Source: a virus
IMG/VR virus record: IMGVR_UViG_3300027708_001885
Span: 38,378 to 102,377 of that record
Length of the DNA stretch: 64,000 nucleotides
Reading direction: 5' to 3' (one strand)
In this document: positions 54,368 through 63,840 of the stretch, piece after piece
Position numbering within the stretch: position 1 is the stretch's first letter
How the letters are laid out: every line of letters begins with the position of its first letter
The notes under the pieces: model-generated
The model's database searches: none
What the model was told of the DNA's origin: nothing
What the model saw: the letters and a program-made list of their open reading frames with translations, nothing else
Position numbers and translations under genes: made by a program

Positions 54368-55036
54368 TTAGTGAAATTCTGGAAATAGAATTTCCTGTAC
54401 AAACTGTTGCATTTTGGGTTCAGGTACACCCATAGCAACCATGCTCTTAATTACATGCGGATTTTGCTTCTGATAGTGGCAATAACGGTTCTGTGCCATG
54501 TGATAATCTGCTAAATCTTGCTGATCTAGGCCTACATTCTTAAGATAAAAATCTAATGTAGTTAATGCTGTATCACATAACTGATCCACTTCGTGCATTT
54601 CTTGCACATTCCCAGCAGCAACCATTGCAGGGCTAAAGATCTGTTTTGCCCAGTCTGGCAGTGCTCTGGGCTTATTCCACTCTAATCCATTGACCTGTGC
54701 CTTAAACCATAGGTACATAAAACTAGTAGGATCGCCTGCATGGCTAAAGTCGTGGAAAGCACCAGTGATTTTGTTTGGTCCACATACAGCATCGAATCCG
54801 TAGATGGGACTAGGATCATTAAAGTGAGGAAATACTGTACAATGTAGAATGTAGATGTTGTAGGTTTCTCTAAAATCTACAATCTCAACATGTGCTCTGC
54901 GATATTGCTGGCTTGAGTAGATGGCATTATACCATCCGTAGTCGTCTGTAGGATCCTTCTCAGGATCACCTGTCTGTTTAAATTTTTCTTCGATATCAAC
55001 TGCTAACTTGCTGATCTTATCCCAAACTGCTGTCAT
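54368..55036 (-). CDS. pcyX: ferredoxin-dependent bilin reductase (PcyX/PcyA-like)
   Basis: RRAHVE, ILHCTVFP, PIYGFD, AFHDFS, LPDWA..IFS, QNRYC..QKQNPH. Confidence 0.85.
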   Translation of the reverse strand: MTAVWDKISKLAVDIEEKFKQTGDPEKDPTDDYGWYNAIYSSQQYRRAHVEIVDFRETYNIYILHCTVFPHFNDPSPIYGFDAVCGPNKITGAFHDFSHAGDPTSFMYLWFKAQVNGLEWNKPRALPDWAKQIFSPAMVAAGNVQEMHEVDQLCDTALTTLDFYLKNVGLDQQDLADYHMAQNRYCHYQKQNPHVIKSMVAMGVPEPKMQQFVQEILFPEFH

Positions 55037-55553
55037 AATCCCTCATCATGCGTATTGCCCAATCAAAGGCCACATTGGCTTCATCGCCCATGCTGTCGTC
55101 TAGTTTAGCACGAATGTTGGTCATCAGTGTGCGGGAGTCTGCAAACTCTAGATTACGGTGAGCACCTGGAACAATTTTCTTGATCATCTGTCCACCAAAC
55201 ATATCGCCCATGTGCCAGGTGTAGAGGTGTGCCATAATCTTACTAGGCTCTGTGGCAATAGAAATTAGGTATTTGTAGTAGTCGACTACAATAGGACGGA
55301 ATTGGTGTTTCTTACCATCAGTGTTCATTTCATTGTAATCCATGAACAGGTAAAATGTTCTGCGTAGGTCTGGCAAATCACCTAACAACTGATTAGCGCC
55401 GGCGGCGCCTTCGATGGCTCCGTAGAACAACCATTTCTGATATGTCCAATCTATCCATAAATCTTGAGGTAGCGTCTTGGCAAACACTGCCTTCATGAAT
55501 GGGGTAGATTCAGCTTCTGCATGTTTAGCAACAGTTAAATCTTTTAAACTCAT
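55017..55553 (-). CDS. hemO: heme oxygenase
   Basis: LKDLT..KH.EAE, AHLYTWHMGDMFGGQMI, EANVAF. Confidence 0.9.
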   Translation of the reverse strand: MSLKDLTVAKHAEAESTPFMKAVFAKTLPQDLWIDWTYQKWLFYGAIEGAAGANQLLGDLPDLRRTFYLFMDYNEMNTDGKKHQFRPIVVDYYKYLISIATEPSKIMAHLYTWHMGDMFGGQMIKKIVPGAHRNLEFADSRTLMTNIRAKLDDSMGDEANVAFDWAIRMMRDYDSSLG

Positions 55554-55562
55554 AGTAGTTCC

Positions 55563-55868
55563 TTATTCGGGTTCTACTTTAATTATCAGTGGCCATCCAT
55601 GTGTTCTTGCAAGATTGGTTGCATCTAGAGATTTTTGTTCTGCTACTTCGTAACTAAAAATTCCAGCAGTTGCACTACCTTTATTGTGAATTGTCAATGT
55701 TAATTCTAGTGCGGCAGTTTCGGTATGCCTGAACACTGCAATCAACATAGAAATTACAAACTCCACTGGTGTAACGTCATCATTACATACAATGACTTTA
55801 AACTTACCCGGCTCTTTAAGAGAGTCTGTAGTTCTTGTTTTCTTTTCGATAATTGTATCTACTGCCAT
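55563..55868 (-). CDS. clpS: ATP-dependent Clp protease adaptor
   Basis: KVIVCNDDVTPVEFV, IHNKG, EVAEQK. Confidence 0.92.
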   Translation of the reverse strand: MAVDTIIEKKTRTTDSLKEPGKFKVIVCNDDVTPVEFVISMLIAVFRHTETAALELTLTIHNKGSATAGIFSYEVAEQKSLDATNLARTHGWPLIIKVEPE

Positions 55869-55892
55869 AATTTTAATTAAAAAGATTTATCA

Positions 55893-55914
55893 ATTGGGGG
55901 CTGGAGCCCCCAAT
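55893..55914. terminator. GC-rich hairpin after hsp20 (possible terminator)
   Basis: TTGGGGGCT/AGCCCCCAA inverted repeat. Confidence 0.55.
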
Positions 55915-55917
55915 ACT

Positions 55918-56352
55918 TTACTCAGCTGTGATTTTCAACTGACGAGGCTTTAGAGACTCCGGAACTACCCGAGTAAGAGCGATGGTTAGAACACCGTTCT
56001 TGATCTTGCCTTCACCTACTTCCATGTGTTCAGCCAGTGTCCAACTACGAGTAAAATCTCGTGTTGCCAGCCCACGATGCAGGTATTGTGGTTCGTCAAC
56101 TTCACGCAGACGTTGCCCTCTGATTACCAGTTGATTCTGATCGATCTCAACTGCAACTTCCTCTGGTGCAAATCCTGTTACAGCAACTTCAATCTCATAA
56201 GAGTCTTCGCTGTGCTTTAGGATGTTGTATGGGGGATAGTTGTCTTTGATTTGATTTTGGAAACGACCTTCAAAGTCGTTAAACAATGTGTCAAATCCCA
56301 GTAGGGCTCTGTTTAGAGCGTTGGTGTCGAAACGTACGATTTGTTGATTCAT
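55918..56352 (-). CDS. small heat shock protein (IbpA/Hsp20)
   Basis: YPPYNI, AVTGF, YLHRGLATRDF, NGVL. Confidence 0.95.
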   Translation of the reverse strand: MNQQIVRFDTNALNRALLGFDTLFNDFEGRFQNQIKDNYPPYNILKHSEDSYEIEVAVTGFAPEEVAVEIDQNQLVIRGQRLREVDEPQYLHRGLATRDFTRSWTLAEHMEVGEGKIKNGVLTIALTRVVPESLKPRQLKITAE

Positions 56353-56414
56353 AATTTTCTCCTTAATAAGTAAGAATCGGGTGGGACCCTTTATAGGTAT
56401 CCCACGTGTATTTA

Positions 56415-58295
56415 TTATACAGTCTCTTTAACGTCGGCGTCAACGATATTATTATCCTTGTCGCTCTTGGCCTTTTCTTCAGCTTCGTGCTTTTTAGCAG
56501 TAATAGGATTCATAGCTTCGTAAAGTTTTGGAATACTATCCTGGATAATCTTTGCGTCATCGCCTTTGACAGCATCTTCAACTGCTTTTACAGCATCTTC
56601 CGCATTGGCTTTTTCTTCTTCCGTGACCTGATCACCGTACTTTTCTACATCGCCTTTAAAGGTGTGTAGAGTACTTTCGGCGCTATTACGAGCTTCAATC
56701 AATTCACGTTGCTTCTTATCTGCTTCTGCATTAGCTTCTGCATCCTGAACCATACGTTCAATTTCATCCTTGCTCAAACCGCTATCAGATTTAATAGTGA
56801 TCTTATTCTCTTTACCAGTTCCTTGATCCTTGGCACTGATCTTCATGATACCGTTGGCATCAACATCAAATGTAACTTCGATCTGTGGTGTTCCGCGTCG
56901 TGCTGGAGGAATACCGTCCAATTTAAATTCGCCAAGCGCCTTGTTGTATTGGAACAACTCACGCTCACCCTGTGCCACTTTGATATCAACAGCAGGTTGA
57001 TTGTCTTCCGCTGTGGAGAACACTTGACTTGCCTTGGTTGGGATAGTGGTGTTCTTTTGGATCAACTTGGTAAAGACACCGCCCATTGTTTCGATGCCTA
57101 AACTCAATGGAGTAACATCCAACAATAGAACGTCGGTGCGGCCACCACCTAGAACATCACCTTGGATAGCAGCACCTGCGGCAACTGCTTCGTCTGGATT
57201 AACGTCCTTACGTGGAGCCTTGCCAAACAACTGTTCAACAACTTCCTGTACCTTTGGCATACGAGTCATACCACCAACTAGAATAACTTCGTCAATGTCG
57301 CTGGCACTAACACCTGCGTCTGCCATAGCAGTCTTACATGGTCCGATACTGCGCTGGATCAATTCTTCAACTAGTTGTTCCAACTTACTGCGTGTAAGTT
57401 TAACGTTCATGTGCTTAGGACCACTTGCGTCTGCTGTGATGTAGGGCAAATTAACGTCTGTCTGTGCTGAACTTGACAGTTCAATCTTGGCCTTCTCAGC
57501 GGCTTCTTTTAGGCGCTGTAGAGCCAACATGTCTTTCTTAAGATCAACGCCATTGTCTTTCTTAAATTCATCAACTAAGAAATCCATAATGCGTTGGTCA
57601 AAGTCTTCACCACCTAAGAATGTATCACCATTTGTAGATAGCACTTCGATTTGTTTGTCGTCATCGACATTGGCAATCTCGATGATAGAAACGTCAAATG
57701 TTCCACCACCTAAGTCATAGACTGCAATCTTACGATCACGCTTGTCTTGTTTATCAACACCATAGGCCAATGCGGCTGCTGTTGGTTCGTTGATGATACG
57801 CAGAACTTCTAGACCTGCAATCTTACCTGCGTCTTTGGTTGCTTGGCGTTGACTGTCGTTAAAGTATGCAGGCACAGTGATAACAGCCTGTGTCACTTCT
57901 GTGCCCAAATAGTCTTCCGCAGTCTTTTTCATCTTACGTAGAACTTCAGCTGAGATCTGTGGAGGTGCTAGTCGATCGTTATTTGCTTCTACCCATGCAT
58001 CGCCGTTGTCGGCTTGGACAATTTTGTAAGGCATTAGGTCAATGTCCTTCTGAACAGCCTGTTCAGTAAATTTACGGCCGATCAAACGCTTGGCTGCGTA
58101 AATTGTGTTCTTTGGGTTTGTGACTGCTTGACGTTTTGCACTGGCTCCAACGAGAATTTCGTCATTAGCATAAGCTACAATACTTGGTGTAGTGCGAGCA
58201 CCTTCTGCGTTTTCAATGATTTTTGTGACGCCGTTTTCAATAACTGCCACGCAGGAATTTGTAGTTCCGAGATCTATTCCGATTACTTTGCTCAT
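56415..58295 (-). CDS. dnaK: molecular chaperone DnaK
   Basis: [25 protein letters not shown]; full length. Confidence 0.98.
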   Translation of the reverse strand: MSKVIGIDLGTTNSCVAVIENGVTKIIENAEGARTTPSIVAYANDEILVGASAKRQAVTNPKNTIYAAKRLIGRKFTEQAVQKDIDLMPYKIVQADNGDAWVEANNDRLAPPQISAEVLRKMKKTAEDYLGTEVTQAVITVPAYFNDSQRQATKDAGKIAGLEVLRIINEPTAAALAYGVDKQDKRDRKIAVYDLGGGTFDVSIIEIANVDDDKQIEVLSTNGDTFLGGEDFDQRIMDFLVDEFKKDNGVDLKKDMLALQRLKEAAEKAKIELSSSAQTDVNLPYITADASGPKHMNVKLTRSKLEQLVEELIQRSIGPCKTAMADAGVSASDIDEVILVGGMTRMPKVQEVVEQLFGKAPRKDVNPDEAVAAGAAIQGDVLGGGRTDVLLLDVTPLSLGIETMGGVFTKLIQKNTTIPTKASQVFSTAEDNQPAVDIKVAQGERELFQYNKALGEFKLDGIPPARRGTPQIEVTFDVDANGIMKISAKDQGTGKENKITIKSDSGLSKDEIERMVQDAEANAEADKKQRELIEARNSAESTLHTFKGDVEKYGDQVTEEEKANAEDAVKAVEDAVKGDDAKIIQDSIPKLYEAMNPITAKKHEAEEKAKSDKDNNIVDADVKETV

Positions 58296-58366
58296 TAATT
58301 TCTCCTTAGTAAGTGAGCGGGCATTGTGCCCATATAAAAGCCATAAGGTCTTTTACAGATTTATTT

Positions 58367-58395
58367 ATTATAGTAGCATACTATATAAATGTCAA
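58367..58395 (-). promoter_or_regulatory. sigma70 promoter for dnaK
   Basis: TTGACA-17 nt-TATAAT. Confidence 0.8.
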
Positions 58396-58673
58396 GTGAG
58401 TGTATCATCTATATGATCCGATGCCCGAGGAACCCGATCGATGAACTGTTCTTTATATGATTGTCTAGCCTTTTCTGCATCGTAAGTAGATTCAACGTTA
58501 GATATTGCTTTAAAAATAGGGTGCATTAATTTGTCCATCATTCTACGGGACATTTGTTCCAGTGTTTTTTCAACATCTTTGCCCTGGGCAATTTCCTGCA
58601 TGGCCCAGCCGTGCTCGTACATGCGAACACGCTCGCACCAAGATTCGTAGCTTTCACCCTCATTTATTTTCAC
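58392..58673 (-). CDS. stand-alone glutamyl-tRNA reductase dimerisation-domain-like protein
   Basis: R..E...A...I..G.DVE..LEQMSRRMMDKLMHP resembles the HemA C-terminus. Confidence 0.62.
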   Translation of the reverse strand: MKINEGESYESWCERVRMYEHGWAMQEIAQGKDVEKTLEQMSRRMMDKLMHPIFKAISNVESTYDAEKARQSYKEQFIDRVPRASDHIDDTLT

Positions 58674-58918
58674 TGCAATAGTTTCCCAACATGCTCTACA
58701 GTAAGTTCATTGTCAGGAACAATCTGGGCATTCCACATTATGGCCATGACCAGTGCATCTTTGTTGCTTTTAAAGACAAAATCCATATAAATATCGCCAA
58801 TGCGGCATACATATCTAGCTCCGGGTAATCCGAAATATTCGATAGCCCATCCACATGCTTCATTCCAGTCAGCGATAGTATCACCTATGTTCCAAGGTAT
58901 TCTTACAGTAGAACTCAT
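58670..58918 (-). CDS. hypothetical protein
   Basis: WNEACGWAIEYFGLPG.RY motif. Confidence 0.65.
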   Translation of the reverse strand: MSSTVRIPWNIGDTIADWNEACGWAIEYFGLPGARYVCRIGDIYMDFVFKSNKDALVMAIMWNAQIVPDNELTVEHVGKLLQ

Positions 58919-59038
58919 TATGCCTCCACGATTCTATACTGTGAGTTGGGATAGCGTTCTCGCAACCATTCCAACATACCTTCCTCGCAGGGAAGTCGAA
59001 TAGAATCAAACTTGTTAGTAATATATCTCATTTTATCC

Positions 59039-59434
59039 TTAATATAACATCGGTTCAGTTGTGGGTTCATCTTTTAGAATCATTACCACTTCTTCCTTGC
59101 TGGGGTAGATCAAACCGCAGTCTTCCAAAATGATCCTGCGCTGTTCTGGCGTGATATCACACCAAGCCTTGACCTTTAGATAACTGCCCTGTGCTTCTTC
59201 GGGCACAGTATCTGCTATCCAATTTACCAGGGCCTTGTATGCTTCGATATGATTATTAGGATGACTACGCTGTATTGCCCGTGCAAAATCATTGGCCAGA
59301 ACAGCTTCAAAACAGCCGCCGGGTCTGAATCCCCACACTAGATAGTTGTAGAAAGGGTCAGCAAACTCCCGGGGCACATCCCAACGTTCAAATGTTTGCA
59401 TCAGTTTATTCTTACTGTATTTTGTTAGATTCAT
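59039..59434 (-). CDS. hypothetical protein
   Basis: 131-aa ORF in the gene string. Confidence 0.7.
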   Translation of the reverse strand: MNLTKYSKNKLMQTFERWDVPREFADPFYNYLVWGFRPGGCFEAVLANDFARAIQRSHPNNHIEAYKALVNWIADTVPEEAQGSYLKVKAWCDITPEQRRIILEDCGLIYPSKEEVVMILKDEPTTEPMLY

Positions 59435-59682
59435 TCTTCAACTCCGAAATGTTCTTTAATCTGAGCCAATATACCACGTTCGGTATCATTCATATCTGGG
59501 CCAGGTTCTGACACTAAAGACATACATTCCTGCACAATCAACTCGGCGAACTTTTCATCTACTCTGTATTGTAGTGTGCGGTCGTGTCTGATATTCTCCC
59601 AAAAGAATTCCTTCTTGGTCATATTCTGTTCAGCAACAAAATTAAAAGCCTGTTCAGCAAGTTGGTTAATTCGTTCGTTCAT
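59431..59682 (-). CDS. hypothetical protein (MNERI...FAELIV...EHFGVEE family)
   Basis: Tandem paralog of the next ORF. Confidence 0.7.
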   Translation of the reverse strand: MNERINQLAEQAFNFVAEQNMTKKEFFWENIRHDRTLQYRVDEKFAELIVQECMSLVSEPGPDMNDTERGILAQIKEHFGVEE

Positions 59683-59933
59683 TCTTCAACTCCGAAATGT
59701 TCTCTAATCATTTGAGCAATCTCTGGCGGTGTCAGCGGATGCTTATCACCTAATGCGGGATTCCTATAACCGCCATTTATAATAACCTTACTACATTCTC
59801 TCACAATCAACTCGGCGAACTCGGCCAACTTATCTCGTTCTGTTCGAACACCTGGACCATTTTGACCTTCAACTAAATTATTAGGAAGGTTGAATCCAGC
59901 CTGTTCAGCGAGTTCTTTAATTCGTTCGTTCAT
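59679..59933 (-). CDS. hypothetical protein (MNERI...FAELIV...EHFGVEE family)
   Basis: Start moved to MNERIKE. Confidence 0.7.
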   Translation of the reverse strand: MNERIKELAEQAGFNLPNNLVEGQNGPGVRTERDKLAEFAELIVRECSKVIINGGYRNPALGDKHPLTPPEIAQMIREHFGVEE

Positions 59934-59934
59934 A

Positions 59935-60759
59935 TCATACCTCAAAGTAAAAGCCAGGAATAAATTGATCACCTTCCCATGGGAGATATCCACGAGGGTT
60001 AGAGATCACACGAGTCTCACCAATCTTATAATCAACTGGGTCATGCATGTGGCCATGACAAAACACTTTGATGTTTTCATTGTCAAGGATAAATTCACTC
60101 ATGTCACTGGCGTAAGCACCATTAGTAGTAGTCTCATGTTTATACTTTTCATTTATACTCATGTAGCTAGGAGCATGGTGTGTAATGACTACAAAAGGTT
60201 TATCTCTGTTCATTTCTAGTACAATCTTAAAATACTGTTTGGTCTTGCGATGTACAGCCACCGTATGTTCTGGGGTCAGTTTATGATAGAGATTCTTAGC
60301 AGGATAGAAGTTTTGGATGGCCTTGTAGTCATTCATAAAACTTTTCATAGAATGAACAGTGATAGGATCACCCTTGTTCATGTCAGTCCATAATGTAGCA
60401 CCCATGAACATGATACCCTCATACTCTACCACTTGATCTTCCAGAATGGTCACATTAGGGGGCATCATGCCTTCCAGCAATGCTCTGGTCTTATCCAAAC
60501 GACCTCTGTAGTGCTCGTGGTTGCCCAGCACGTAGAACACTTTCTTATACTTTGGAACCTCAAACTCAAAGAAGTCGTGGCAGGGAAATGCTCCGGGCTC
60601 ACGATCCAACAGTTTAGTGCTATGGAATTCTTTGCTCAACTCTTTGGCTTCGCAGATATCTCCAGCCAAAATCAATACATCACCACCTGGCATCTCCAGG
60701 TAGCCACTAACGTCTAAATGTAAATCACTAACCAAATGTACTATCATCAAATGCCCCAT
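59935..60759 (-). CDS. metallophosphoesterase
   Basis: SDLHL, LAGD, GNHEHY, THHAP, HGHMH. Confidence 0.9.
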   Translation of the reverse strand: MGHLMIVHLVSDLHLDVSGYLEMPGGDVLILAGDICEAKELSKEFHSTKLLDREPGAFPCHDFFEFEVPKYKKVFYVLGNHEHYRGRLDKTRALLEGMMPPNVTILEDQVVEYEGIMFMGATLWTDMNKGDPITVHSMKSFMNDYKAIQNFYPAKNLYHKLTPEHTVAVHRKTKQYFKIVLEMNRDKPFVVITHHAPSYMSINEKYKHETTTNGAYASDMSEFILDNENIKVFCHGHMHDPVDYKIGETRVISNPRGYLPWEGDQFIPGFYFEV

Positions 60760-61013
60760 TTAAGTAAAAACCACTGAGCTTCTTTGTCAGTGGCTAGGTA
60801 AATTCTCATTGTGAATTTGTCATTGACCCAACACCACGAAATATTAGGATCTTTAATTTTTTCAATAAACTCAAGATCGTCGCTGGCACCCCATTGTTCC
60901 CAACACCATTTACGGATATCACAGAACTTTTGGGTTGTTGTGTAATTAAAATTTGCATAGTATTTAAACACACCATGCCCATTCATCCTACCATCGACTT
61001 TTTTAAGTTTCAT
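60747..61013 (-). CDS. hypothetical protein
   Basis: 88-aa ORF. Confidence 0.65.
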   Translation of the reverse strand: MKLKKVDGRMNGHGVFKYYANFNYTTTQKFCDIRKWCWEQWGASDDLEFIEKIKDPNISWCWVNDKFTMRIYLATDKEAQWFLLKWGI

Positions 61014-61360
61014 GTTATCTTAATTTGTTTTGTATTTGCTCGATCACTGTAGATCTTATGACCACGTTCTCGGATCAGGTCGGCGGTAGCCTGTGGGCAT
61101 TCTTCCCACTGCTCTCGCCAAAACTCCTCATTCATACCTTCCGCACAATCCACAGCATAGATTTCATAATGCCGCTGAGTATTATACCTAGCCCGCAATA
61201 CCATAGCCCGAACAATACTATCCAACGGATTTCTTTCTCTAGGCTTATCTTTTAAAAGATTGATAAGCTGATTTTTGTCATGATGTTCATATTGGGTAAT
61301 AGGTACGATGGCTTCAATACCAGTTTGGTCCCAACTAAAGATGTAGGCGTTTGTAGTCAT
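61010..61360 (-). CDS. hypothetical protein
   Basis: Start at MTTNAY directly after a TTGACT-17-TATAAT promoter (61367-61395). Confidence 0.65.
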   Translation of the reverse strand: MTTNAYIFSWDQTGIEAIVPITQYEHHDKNQLINLLKDKPRERNPLDSIVRAMVLRARYNTQRHYEIYAVDCAEGMNEEFWREQWEECPQATADLIRERGHKIYSDRANTKQIKIT

Positions 61361-61434
61361 AATACTATTATACAGTAAAACCAAGATAAAGTCAAGACTG
61401 ATTTTACCAAGTTAAATAGTAAAAAGGATATATT

Positions 61435-61854
61435 ATGGACAGAATTAAACGTGCTATTTGGTTTACATTGGGTATGATTTGTTTGGGCATTGCCTATATT
61501 GGAGTAGTCACACCTGGAATTCCGTGGTCAACTCCCACAGTTGGTGCTGCCTACTGCTTTGCCAAAAGTAATAAAAAGTGGCACGATTGGATTATGAACC
61601 ATAAACTGTTTGGGCCCTTTCTCCGCAACTGGAGTGAGAAACGTGTGTTTCCTACATATGGTAAGTGGGCCATGGTCATTACTATGGATGTCAGCTTGAT
61701 CATACTTTGGTTCACTACCTACAACTGGAAGTTGGTAGCCGGCGTTGGCCTAGGAATGGCACTCTGTGCTGTTTGGGCATTACGTTACCCTAGCAGTCCA
61801 GAAGAGTACGATCAAAGAAAAGCCGATGGCAAACGCATCGGCTGGTTTAAATAA
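61435..61854 (+). CDS. YbaN/DUF454 family inner membrane protein
   Basis: LG..C.GIAYIGV.TPG.P...AAYCFAKS...H.W...HKLFGP. Confidence 0.85.
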   Translation: MDRIKRAIWFTLGMICLGIAYIGVVTPGIPWSTPTVGAAYCFAKSNKKWHDWIMNHKLFGPFLRNWSEKRVFPTYGKWAMVITMDVSLIILWFTTYNWKLVAGVGLGMALCAVWALRYPSSPEEYDQRKADGKRIGWFK

Positions 61855-61902
61855 AATAGGACCCGAAGGTCCTACTACTGGTTACGAGAATCCAGCGACA
61901 CT

Positions 61903-62916
61903 CTATCTTGTGTCCGATTTTTCTACTAAGTTGTCTCTAAATATTTCCCAGGCTCGTTGCCAACTCCAACGCTGACTGACCCTATGTACTCTATCTCTAT
62001 CAAGTTGTAAACACTTATCAACAGCAACTTTTAAACCTTCTCTCTCCTCAGCCATAAATCCAGTAACACCCTGATCTATAACATCAGCAGGACCTTGACA
62101 GTTATAAGCCGCTACAGGTGTTCCACAGGCCATTGATTCAATCATTACAATGCCGAATGTCTCCCACTTACTGGGAAATACAAATACTTCAGCATTGGCA
62201 TAGTAACGTGCTAGATCCACACCAGTTTTAAATCCAGTGAATACTACATCTGGATATTGTTTCTTATAGACTTCCAGCATAGGTCCGTCACCTACCATGA
62301 TCTTTTGATAGCCAGGATAATCTAAATCCAAGAATGCTTCTAAATTCTTTTCCTTACTGACACGACTGACACATAGCAAATACTTACCAGGAAAGTTTTC
62401 TCTAAGTTCTGGTTTAAAGATCGTTCTATCAACACCGCGTGTCCATGGAATAACTTCACCTTTAAATCCGTGTGCTTGTAATTCTCTAACCATACTGTCT
62501 GTAGTAGTCAACACCTTGCCGCTGTGCTTGTGAAACCAACGAACAAAACGCCACGTAAATGTTTCTGGAATGCCAAATAACAATTTTAACCCTTCAGGAA
62601 ACCGAGTATGATAAGCGGTATTGTGCCTAATATCAGCCAATGACAGATACTTTCTAGCCCAACAACCAAGAGGACCTTCTGTCGCGATGTGTATATAATC
62701 CGGAGCAATCTCCTTGATCTTCTTGCCCATGTGGCGCGGCCAGGCAAGTTTGACTTCGTGATATTTAGGGCAATCAATGTAGCTGAACCACCCGGGATGC
62801 AACACCACAAACTTATAACCATCCAAAAGCGCACATGCCTCAATATTCGTGTAGGTCGTGACCACGCCATTTATCTGCTCCGGTAAGTTGTCAGTAATAA
62901 TTAAAACTGTTTTCAT
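61903..62916 (-). CDS. glycosyltransferase family 4
   Basis: QINGVVTT, HIATEGPLG, RVSKEKN, ETFGIVMIESMACGTPV. Confidence 0.92.
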   Translation of the reverse strand: MKTVLIITDNLPEQINGVVTTYTNIEACALLDGYKFVVLHPGWFSYIDCPKYHEVKLAWPRHMGKKIKEIAPDYIHIATEGPLGCWARKYLSLADIRHNTAYHTRFPEGLKLLFGIPETFTWRFVRWFHKHSGKVLTTTDSMVRELQAHGFKGEVIPWTRGVDRTIFKPELRENFPGKYLLCVSRVSKEKNLEAFLDLDYPGYQKIMVGDGPMLEVYKKQYPDVVFTGFKTGVDLARYYANAEVFVFPSKWETFGIVMIESMACGTPVAAYNCQGPADVIDQGVTGFMAEEREGLKVAVDKCLQLDRDRVHRVSQRWSWQRAWEIFRDNLVEKSDTR

Positions 62917-63803
62917 TGAATTTTCAATTTTACAAAATCTACTATATGCTGAGCCATGTCCTGCCCGCAGTGTTTATCCATACCTTTAAATCCTGGACTA
63001 GAGTTTGCTTCACATACCTTATACCCATCTTTATCAAATAACAAGTCAATGCCTGCTATTTGTAGACCCAACACACGGGCAGTCTCTCTGGCAATATAAT
63101 CAATCTCTGGTGTAATTTCAAACAATTCGCCAGTGCCGCCAGTGCTGATATTAGCACGGAAGTCACCGTCAGCACCAGTTCGTTTCATAGCTACAATAGT
63201 TTTGCCGCCTATTACCCACACACGTAGATCAGTACCAGGTTTAGCATCCACAAACTCCTGTATAATTAATGTTTTCTTCAATGCAATACTTGATAGTAAT
63301 TCCATCAAACCTTCAAAAATTTTACGTGTTTCACATAGGTATACTGTTTTACCTCTACTGCCGCTGGTAGCTTTGACTACACAGGGAAAGCCAATTTCTT
63401 TTTCAATTAACTCGACATCAACGTCTCCGTTGACCAATAATGTCTTAGGAATCGGCAATCCAGCACTGGCTAGTGCTTGGCTGGTTAGAAGTTTATCGCT
63501 TACCACTGCCACGCTTTCAGCATCGTTAATAACTGAGACGCCTAATTTTTCAAATTGTCTCATTAATGCTAATGTAAAATATGCACTACCCGAGCCAGTA
63601 CGACTCAATATTAAATCAGGTAGATCAATCTTCTCGCCTTTGTATCTAATACTTTTAGCATTACCACGACTGACTATGATGTCGAAATATTTGGGTTCAA
63701 ATATTTCTCCCTTGATACCATTTTGTTCAAGGCATTCGAGTAATCTTGTATTTTCGTAACAGTTAATACCACTAGCGTGATGTAAAAGCCATACACGTTT
63801 CAT
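62913..63803 (-). CDS. RimK family ATP-grasp ligase
   Basis: DKL.T...L...GLPIPKT, IQEFV, DLRV, DFRAN, EANSSPGF. Confidence 0.9.
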   Translation of the reverse strand: MKRVWLLHHASGINCYENTRLLECLEQNGIKGEIFEPKYFDIIVSRGNAKSIRYKGEKIDLPDLILSRTGSGSAYFTLALMRQFEKLGVSVINDAESVAVVSDKLLTSQALASAGLPIPKTLLVNGDVDVELIEKEIGFPCVVKATSGSRGKTVYLCETRKIFEGLMELLSSIALKKTLIIQEFVDAKPGTDLRVWVIGGKTIVAMKRTGADGDFRANISTGGTGELFEITPEIDYIARETARVLGLQIAGIDLLFDKDGYKVCEANSSPGFKGMDKHCGQDMAQHIVDFVKLKIQ

Positions 63804-63840
63804 TTTAGATCCTTTTTTTATATTTATATCTACGGGCGAA

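Noticed and set aside
56406-57720. Plus-strand ORFs opposite dnaK and other long genes
   Set aside because: Antisense shadows of well-supported minus-strand genes.
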